From assembly GCA_050008535.1 (NCBI GenBank), contig JBEKML010000002.1, positions 148,881-212,880 on the forward strand: a stretch of DNA of 64,000 bases. The letters run 5' to 3'. The position numbers were made by a program, and so were the translations under genes. Under the pieces are notes generated by a model. It made no database searches, had not been told where the DNA came from, and was given only the letters and a program-made list of their open reading frames with translations. This document shows, piece by piece, positions 57,697 to 64,000 of this stretch. How positions within the stretch are numbered: the first letter of the stretch is position 1; each line of letters starts with the position of its first letter. The stretch is from Minisyncoccia bacterium (GTDB taxonomy: Bacteria > Patescibacteriota > Minisyncoccia > UBA6257 > 2-01-FULL-56-20).

Positions 57697-59262
57697 CTAT
57701 GACGATGGACGGGCGACGATCTCCCCTTCGTCCAATCCGGAAATGATCTCTATATTGCCCTCCGTATCGCGGATACCCACGGCCACCTTTCGCGCTTCAA
57801 GCGGCTGGTTTGCGCCATGATACACCTGGACGGTGCGGGTGCCGTCTGTGTTCGTCGTAACCGCCCGCTGGGGGATATAGATGACGTTTCTGTGTTCGGC
57901 GGTCGTGATATCAATGTTCGCCGTCATGCCCGGTTTCACGTCGGGGCCGAGATTGTCAAATTGGAAAGTGGTTTTATAGGTCGGCACGCCTTCGATCACC
58001 GTCTCGCCAGGATCAATATAGGTAACCCTGCCGGAGAACGTTTGACCCTGGAAAGCATCGAGTGTCATTGAGGCGGGATTGCCCTTGCTTACCTTGCCGA
58101 TGTCGGCCTCCGAGATTTGGGCGTCCACCTCCAGGCCTTGATCGGAAATAAGAGAAACCAGCGCAACGCCCGGCGCCGCTATCTCGCCGACCTTGGCATT
58201 TTGCATCGTTACTACGCCCGAAAGAGGGGCGACAAGAGATGCCTTTGTGATCTTTACCTGGATGCTTTGCATGCTCGCCTGCGCCTGTTCTACTTGTGCT
58301 TCTTGTGCCTGAATGTCATTTGCAGTCGGACCCGCGATTGCTTTGTTCGCATCAGCCTGCAATCCTTGGATCGTGATCTTCTGGGAAACGATGTTCTGTG
58401 CCGCACCGCTCACGTTCGTCGTTGCGCTGTTTATCTCCGTGAGCGCCGTGGTCACCGCCGTCTTATACGCATTCACGGTTGCGGCAGGGAGGCCGGTTTG
58501 TTCAACGAGTGCTTCTGCGGCGGTAATGAAAAGTGCATTGATCACCGAAAGATGCGCCGCGCCTTTTTGCAAAGCGAGGTCAAGCGTGGAGGTGGGGGAA
58601 GATGCGCTCAGGCCCACCAGCTCACCTTGCCAGTTGTTGAACTCCGTACTTACTTGCCCTCTTTCAAATTGAATATTGTTGAGCGTTTGTGAGTTACTAA
58701 GCATGAAGGTGAGTTGGGGATTGGAGGTTTCCGCTCCGGAAAAGAACGGCGAAAGCTGGTTCCTGACTGCGTCGTTCGCCTTTGCATACGCATCGGAAAG
58801 CGTAGCGTCCACGTTGGCGTACATATTGGTAAGGTCCTGCTGGGCTTTCCCGAGCGCCGCTTGTGCGGCCTGGATATCCTCCGGCCGGGATCCCGCCTGG
58901 AGCGAGCGGAGTTTTGCGGTTTGTGCATCCACATTGGCTTGGGCTTCGGCCAATTGTGCCCTGAGGTCGCCTACATTCAAGCTGGCAATGACGGCGCCCG
59001 CATTCACGTGGTCGCCGACCTCATAATTGACCGCCGCAACGGTTCCGCCGTTCTCAAAAGCGAGGTCCACGTCGTGCACTGGCTTGGTATTGCCGGTAAC
59101 ACTTACTATTTGCGTGATCGTCCCGCGCGCCGCGGTCGCAAGTTGATAATTGACGCTTTTCGGCGCGAACCAAAGGCGGTAAGCACCCCATCCCAGAAGG
59201 AGTATGATGATGCCGAGCGAAACTTTCTTTGTGGTGCTTAAACGAACCAAAAATGTTTTCAT
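57697..59262 (-). CDS. HlyD/MacA-family periplasmic adaptor (membrane fusion protein)
   Basis: N-terminal TM helix, long coiled-coil (Ala/Gln-rich) and beta-barrel/lipoyl-like segments. First gene of a minus-strand adaptor-ATPase-permease operon. Confidence 0.7.
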   Translation of the reverse strand: MKTFLVRLSTTKKVSLGIIILLLGWGAYRLWFAPKSVNYQLATAARGTITQIVSVTGNTKPVHDVDLAFENGGTVAAVNYEVGDHVNAGAVIASLNVGDLRAQLAEAQANVDAQTAKLRSLQAGSRPEDIQAAQAALGKAQQDLTNMYANVDATLSDAYAKANDAVRNQLSPFFSGAETSNPQLTFMLSNSQTLNNIQFERGQVSTEFNNWQGELVGLSASSPTSTLDLALQKGAAHLSVINALFITAAEALVEQTGLPAATVNAYKTAVTTALTEINSATTNVSGAAQNIVSQKITIQGLQADANKAIAGPTANDIQAQEAQVEQAQASMQSIQVKITKASLVAPLSGVVTMQNAKVGEIAAPGVALVSLISDQGLEVDAQISEADIGKVSKGNPASMTLDAFQGQTFSGRVTYIDPGETVIEGVPTYKTTFQFDNLGPDVKPGMTANIDITTAEHRNVIYIPQRAVTTNTDGTRTVQVYHGANQPLEARKVAVGIRDTEGNIEIISGLDEGEIVARPSS

Positions 59263-59335
59263 GTTCTTATTATACTATAAGGGGCAGTTGACGCGCAATG
59301 GGAAGGCGTAATATAATTAAGCTTATTAACTATTT

Positions 59336-60130
59336 ATGGATAAAATAATCGAGGTTAACGCGCTCGTCAAGCGATTCGGCGATTTCACGGCGGTGGATGG
59401 CGTCTCTTTTGCGGTGGAGAGAGGAAGCATTTTTGCCTTTTTGGGACCGAACGGTGCGGGAAAAACGACGACCATCAAGATGCTTACAACCTTATTGCTC
59501 CCCACGCGAGGGACGGTATCGCTGGACGGCATTGATATCATGAAGAATCCCCAAAGAGCACGGCATTCCTTCGGTATCGTGTTCCAGGACCCGAGCCTGG
59601 ACGATGAACTCACTGCTTGGGAAAATATGGAATTTCATGGAGTGTTGTATCACATGCAGAAAGAGATAAGAAGAAAGCGCATTGAAGAACTTATGCATTT
59701 TGTGGAATTGTGGGACCGGAAGGACAGTCTGGTCAAAGAATTTTCGGGAGGCATGAAGCGCCGCCTGGAGATCGCGCGCGGCCTTTTGCACCATCCAAAG
59801 ATCCTTTTCTTGGATGAGCCGACGATCGGGCTCGATCCGCAAACGCGGAACCACGTGTGGAATTACGTCAAAAATCTTAATAAAACCGAAAAGATCACGG
59901 TATTCTTTACAACGCACTATATCGAAGAGGCGGACCGCGCTGCGGAACAAGTGGCCGTTATGGATCACGGGAAGATCGTCGCGCATGGGACGCCGGAGGA
60001 ATTGAAGCGCCGGACCGAAACGAAAAACCTGGAAGATGCCTTCATCAAGCTCACGGGATATGATCTAAGAAAGGACTCCGCCGGCGGCGTCGACCGCATG
60101 CGTATGCATAACCGTGTGTGGCGGAGATAA
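59336..60130 (+). CDS. ABC transporter ATP-binding protein (ABC-2/DrrA-type)
   Basis: Walker A GPNGAGKTT, signature FSGGMKRRLEIARGL, Walker B LFLDEPTIGLD. Confidence 0.85.
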   Translation: MDKIIEVNALVKRFGDFTAVDGVSFAVERGSIFAFLGPNGAGKTTTIKMLTTLLLPTRGTVSLDGIDIMKNPQRARHSFGIVFQDPSLDDELTAWENMEFHGVLYHMQKEIRRKRIEELMHFVELWDRKDSLVKEFSGGMKRRLEIARGLLHHPKILFLDEPTIGLDPQTRNHVWNYVKNLNKTEKITVFFTTHYIEEADRAAEQVAVMDHGKIVAHGTPEELKRRTETKNLEDAFIKLTGYDLRKDSAGGVDRMRMHNRVWRR

Positions 60131-60138
60131 GCACCAGC

Positions 60139-60885
60139 ATGAACGCGATTTACATTCTTTGGCTGAGACAATTGAAAAGATATTTTCGTTCCAAGGCAAG
60201 GATGATCGGTTCCGTCGGCCAGCCGATTTTGTTTTTGGTGGCGCTTGGCTTCGGATTCGGCCCCATCTTCCAAAAAGCGGGAGGAGGGGATTACATCCAG
60301 TTTTTGGCGCCGGGCGTGGTCGCGATGGGCATTCTTTTCACCGCTATGTTCATGGGCATCGAGATCATCTGGGACAAGCAGTTCGGGTTTCTGAAGGAAA
60401 CGCTCGTCGCGCCCGTATCGCGCTTTTCGATCATGCTTGGCCGGACGCTCGGGGGCGCCACGGTCGCCCTCATGCAGGGGGTGATCGTGTTCCTCATTGC
60501 ATGGGCCGTAGGATTCCATCCGAGCTTCGCGCTTTTTGGCGTCGCATTTATTTTCATGATCCTCATTGCGATGTTTTTTACGGGCCTGGGGACCGCTATC
60601 GCATCCGTCGTGGACGACATGCAAGGGTTCCCGCTTATCATGAATTTCATTGTGATGCCGACCTTTTTCCTTTCTGGCGCGCTTTTTCCGCTCACGGGAC
60701 TGCCAGGCTTCATCGAGATCATTGCGCGCCTCAATCCGTTGTCTTACGGCATTGACGGTTTGCGCGCGGCTTTGACCGCGCAGCCGGCGCATTTCGGTCT
60801 TTGGATGGATTTCGGCGTGCTCGGCGCCATTGCGCTCATCGTTCTCGGCGTCGGCGCATATCTTTTTTCAAAGATCGAGATATAA
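60139..60885 (+). CDS. ABC-2 type transporter permease
   Basis: Six TM segments typical of ABC-2. ATG at 60139 lies just after the ATPase stop; the ORF-track GTG start at 60118 overlaps that stop. Confidence 0.75.
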   Translation: MNAIYILWLRQLKRYFRSKARMIGSVGQPILFLVALGFGFGPIFQKAGGGDYIQFLAPGVVAMGILFTAMFMGIEIIWDKQFGFLKETLVAPVSRFSIMLGRTLGGATVALMQGVIVFLIAWAVGFHPSFALFGVAFIFMILIAMFFTGLGTAIASVVDDMQGFPLIMNFIVMPTFFLSGALFPLTGLPGFIEIIARLNPLSYGIDGLRAALTAQPAHFGLWMDFGVLGAIALIVLGVGAYLFSKIEI

Positions 60886-60895
60886 GATCACAATA

Positions 60896-60926
60896 CCAAA
60901 AACCCCCGCCAAAACGGGGGTTTTTG
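60896..60926. terminator. Bidirectional intrinsic terminator
   Basis: aacccccg-ccaaaa-cgggggtt hairpin flanked by an A-run and a T-run, between convergent genes. Confidence 0.7.
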
Positions 60927-60929
60927 CCC

Positions 60930-62636
60930 TTATTCCGCGCTACAAAGGGTGTTCAGCTGGGCTCGAGTGCTGGCTCCCACATAGCCGTTTCCGGAGGTGA
61001 GACCTATGGGTTTCAAGATCTCATCCGCGAAAATGTTTTGGAAAATAATGACTGCTTTCTTTGTCGCAAAGCCAAAATAGGTTGATTCGTTGCCGGGCGA
61101 ACCGATGCCCGATGCGGCAACCTGCGTGAGATTGCTGTAATTCAGAACTTGCTGAAGGTATTTCACCTGGCTGTCGTTCATGCCCAGGGACAGGTTCTTT
61201 GTGAAGTTAGGAGAACAGCCCGCTTGCTGGAACTGTACCGTGATGAGCTCCTTTTCAAGCGCGATAAGTTGCTGCGTCAAGCTCTGAAGAAGGGCGAATG
61301 GATTCGTGGTGCTTGCACCCAAGACCTGTCCGCCGGTTGAGGTCGAATTGTAGTAGTAATAGTCTCCTCCTCCGCCACCACCGCTTTCGGCGCCGCCCCC
61401 TCCACCACCATTGTTAGATACTGGCGCAGGATTCACGTAGATCGTGTAAGCCTGTGTTGTTGAGGCGTTCGGATCGGTGATGCTCGCCGCCGTTATTGAA
61501 AAGGTTGAGGTTCCTTCGGTCGTCGGTGTTCCCTCTATCGTCGCCGAAAGGTTGCCGCTTGCGGTGTTTAAAGCAAGACCGTTAGGTAATGATCCTACTG
61601 TGACCGTGAAGGTGAATGTGTCCGTGGCGATCGCGCTGTTCGTCGCCGTAAAGTGTGGCGGAACATATGCCGCGCCGACTTGGCCGTCGTCGAGGGCGCC
61701 CGCCGGTGGGTTTAGCGTGACCGTGCTTGAAGGTGTGGAGGTCGGCGCGCTCACGTCATTGATCGTGAGCGTGAAGCTCTTCGTCGTCGATGCCGAGCTG
61801 TCGCCGTTTGCAACGCCTACTGCAAAAGCGAAGGTGCCGGTCGCGTTCGGGGTTCCCGAGAGCAGGCCGGTTCCTGCGTTGAGCGTGAGCGCATCAGGCA
61901 GGGTGCCCGAGGCGAGGCTCCACGTAAGGGTGTCTGTCGCGTTCGTTGAGGTCGCGTAGATATTCGTTGAATAGACCTGGCCAAGAATGCCGTCGGGCAA
62001 AGGTGAATCGGTGCTTATGGTGACCGTCGGAGCAGTGGTTGCGACGCCGCTCAAGATCGTCATGGCATTGCCCGATGCACCAGCAATACTACTAATGGTA
62101 GCTGCCTGGTTCGAGCTCGCTCCTATCGCCGTTATCGACGTTGTGGAATTGATCAAAAACGAAAAAGTGGTATTCGCCGCTTCGGGTAGAGAAGCATAGG
62201 GCATCACGTCGCCTTTTAAGGTCAGCGATACCGATCCTGCCTGTGGGATCGTGACGGGGTGCAGGAGGTGGAACAAATAACTGAAACCACCCGAAGCCGC
62301 CGATGATCCGCCCGATGTTCCAACAAGGGTCGAACCGTTCCAAAGCTCGACGTTCGCGAATGGAGTCACCGAAGCGCTTGAGCTCGCAAAGACCGCAAGA
62401 TCGGTGACCCTCACACTCTCAACATTCGAGGTTTCCGTGAAGCGATAGATCGCCAGAGTGTTCGCGGGGGAACCCATCAGGATTGTGCCTGCCGGAGGTT
62501 GCGCCAGGTCAGCGTCTACCGTGATCGTTGCATTGCTTACGGCGATGGGCACGGCGTTCACCGCAGCCCCGGGGAGTCCGGAGAACGCTACAATTCCTAC
62601 AACAAGCAATATCGGGATCCAGTGGCGTTTACACAT
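60930..62636 (-). CDS. Secreted surface protein with putative Ig-like (He_PIG-type) repeats and C-terminal peptidoglycan-binding domain
   Basis: Signal peptide. Repeats LPDxLxLNxxTGxLSGTP. Gly/Tyr-rich linker. C-terminal PG_binding_1-like SQVKYLQQVLN...GNESTYFGFATKKAVIIFQ. Confidence 0.55.
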   Translation of the reverse strand: MCKRHWIPILLVVGIVAFSGLPGAAVNAVPIAVSNATITVDADLAQPPAGTILMGSPANTLAIYRFTETSNVESVRVTDLAVFASSSASVTPFANVELWNGSTLVGTSGGSSAASGGFSYLFHLLHPVTIPQAGSVSLTLKGDVMPYASLPEAANTTFSFLINSTTSITAIGASSNQAATISSIAGASGNAMTILSGVATTAPTVTISTDSPLPDGILGQVYSTNIYATSTNATDTLTWSLASGTLPDALTLNAGTGLLSGTPNATGTFAFAVGVANGDSSASTTKSFTLTINDVSAPTSTPSSTVTLNPPAGALDDGQVGAAYVPPHFTATNSAIATDTFTFTVTVGSLPNGLALNTASGNLSATIEGTPTTEGTSTFSITAASITDPNASTTQAYTIYVNPAPVSNNGGGGGGAESGGGGGGDYYYYNSTSTGGQVLGASTTNPFALLQSLTQQLIALEKELITVQFQQAGCSPNFTKNLSLGMNDSQVKYLQQVLNYSNLTQVAASGIGSPGNESTYFGFATKKAVIIFQNIFADEILKPIGLTSGNGYVGASTRAQLNTLCSAE

Positions 62637-62777
62637 GTCCAGTTTATACCTATGACACTAGTGTATGCTTTGTTTGCCGTCAAGCGGCGCGATTTCCTGC
62701 GGCCGTTCCGGCGGTCATTAACGAAGTAGGGCCTCTTTTGTTATGCTCGCGATGGGTTATAATAAGGATAATTAACT

Positions 62778-64000
62778 ATGGACGCAGTACAGGGAATCCT
62801 ACAGAGCGCGTGGCAAGTTTTTACGTACGCGTGGTGGATCTGGCTCCCCATCATTTTGTGGCCTCTTTTCAGGTCCACGTGGCTTTTTTGGCGGCAATCG
62901 CTCTATAAACGTGATCTGCAGACAAAGTATATCCTTTTGGAACTTCGCATTCCACGCGAAATAAAAAAGAACCCGCGGGCGATGGAGCAGGTGCTTATAG
63001 CGATCCACGCCCTTCGGAACGCCGCGATGGACATGCGCGAAATATGGTGGGACGGCGAGGTGACGGTGTGGTATGCGATGGAGATCGTAAGCTTGGGCGG
63101 TGAAATACATTTTTACTTACGGACGATCAAAAAACAAAAAGATCTTATCCAGGCGGCGTTCTTTTCGTATTATCCCGACGTGGAAGTTGTTGAAGTTGAA
63201 GATTACATGGATCGCCTGCCATCCAACATGGGAGAGGTGCATAAAAGCGGCTACAACCTCTGGGGCACCGAACTTTTACTTGCAAAAGAAGACGCTTATC
63301 CTATACGGAGCTATCTGGACTTTGAGTCGCCGGACGAGGATAAACAATACGACGCCATGTCCACCTTCCTTGAGATTTTGGGTAAAGTAAAAAAAGAAGA
63401 AACGGTCGGCATTCAGATCCTCATCGCGCCAGCGGCGCCCGACTGGGGCGCGAAGTGGAAAGATTTTGTGGAGAAAATGCGGGTGAGAGAACAGGGGAAG
63501 AAGAAAGTCGGAGGAGGATCGACTCATGCGCTGGGAATGGAATTCCCGCACATCCTTCCTGTTTTTCCGGTAAAGAAAATCGGAGAGGACAAAAAAGATG
63601 AATATGCCCCACTCATGAAATCCTTCATGCGGACGCCCGGCGAGACCGATGTATTGAAGGCCGTGGAGGAGAATCTTTCAAGGCCCGGTTTTGATACCCT
63701 GGTCCGCTTTTTTTACCTTTCCCCCAAAGAGCTTTTCGGCGACACGTTCCCGAGAAGGGGTGTCATTGGGGCCTTTAACCAATATGGATCGTTGGATCTG
63801 AATTATTTCACGCAGAACTTTGCCGTGGGCACAAGGATCAAGTTCTGGCGGGGACCGTGGCAAATACCGAACTTTTTTGCCAAGAGCCGCATCGCTCGGA
63901 GGCAGGAGCGGATCCTCTCGTCCTATCGCACGCGGGAGGTCCCTCCGGAAACCTTAATGGGAAGGGTGATCCTTACCAAAACCTTTAACATTCATCAGTC
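62778..64000 (+). CDS. T4CP-like ATPase paralog (3'-truncated by window end; N-terminal domain only)
   Basis: The ORF is open from ATG 62778 (AAGGA ribosome-binding site) to the window end, so it is absent from the ORF track. It has an N-terminal TM helix. Its blocks YAMEIVSLGGEIHFYLRTIK and YPIRSYLDFESPDE align to FTFEIAVPHVGEEISFYLAVPK and LPIRTYIELGTDSFE of 1444-3849. Confidence 0.55.
   Translation, partial: MDAVQGILQSAWQVFTYAWWIWLPIILWPLFRSTWLFWRQSLYKRDLQTKYILLELRIPREIKKNPRAMEQVLIAIHALRNAAMDMREIWWDGEVTVWYAMEIVSLGGEIHFYLRTIKKQKDLIQAAFFSYYPDVEVVEVEDYMDRLPSNMGEVHKSGYNLWGTELLLAKEDAYPIRSYLDFESPDEDKQYDAMSTFLEILGKVKKEETVGIQILIAPAAPDWGAKWKDFVEKMRVREQGKKKVGGGSTHALGMEFPHILPVFPVKKIGEDKKDEYAPLMKSFMRTPGETDVLKAVEENLSRPGFDTLVRFFYLSPKELFGDTFPRRGVIGAFNQYGSLDLNYFTQNFAVGTRIKFWRGPWQIPNFFAKSRIARRQERILSSYRTREVPPETLMGRVILTKTFNIHQ

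Noticed and set aside
59965-60792. 275-aa minus-strand ORF across the ABC-2 exporter genes
   Set aside because: Antisense. Extremely Arg/His/Glu-rich.
1-64000. CRISPR arrays and prophage or transposase genes
   Set aside because: No direct-repeat/spacer periodicity and no integrase or transposase motifs were recognised anywhere in the window.

Overview
The window is a GC-rich (about 58-60%) bacterial chromosomal segment with compact, frequently overlapping genes. Several housekeeping proteins are unusually short (MetK 315 aa, EF-Ts 153 aa, DnaX 368 aa, PilB 410 aa). This is consistent with a reduced-genome lineage such as CPR/Patescibacteria; the lineage is inferred, as no rRNA is present. 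TGA and TAA are both used as stops, so the code is standard (code 11).

Core content:
- SAM-I riboswitch upstream of metK
- tspO, a DUF167 gene, pgk, a DHH phosphoesterase, an RNase H-like gene
- RNase P RNA (rnpB) with its own promoter and terminator
- a P-type ATPase, lysA, a hemerythrin
- tRNA-Gln(CTG) and tRNA-Tyr(GTA)
- a type IV pilus locus: pilB, pilC and four prepilin-like genes
- dnaX, scpA-scpB, a dacA-like carboxypeptidase, mraY, rpsB, tsf
- two NUDIX genes, a Ham1-like gene, recO, glyQS, murA, mreB, holB, frr, rseP
- a MacAB-like tripartite exporter and an ABC-2 exporter

Accessory and unusual content:
- an AT-rich island (about 3990-7500) carrying a type II restriction-modification system with a split nuclease, a Tyr-rich secreted protein and a Fic gene broken by an in-frame stop
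- two paralogous T4CP/VirD4-like ATPases, one at each end of the window
- four paralogs of a roughly 580-620 aa Cys-rich multi-zinc-ribbon protein family with block-wise nucleotide-conserved 5' and 3' ends; this is the main candidate for an undescribed system
- a 115-bp structured element present twice
- a 38-bp promoter-associated motif present three times
- a PEP-CTERM/DUF3494 protein
- a self-contained 39-aa membrane-peptide gene

Many long antisense ORFs in the six-frame track are GC-driven artefacts and were rejected.
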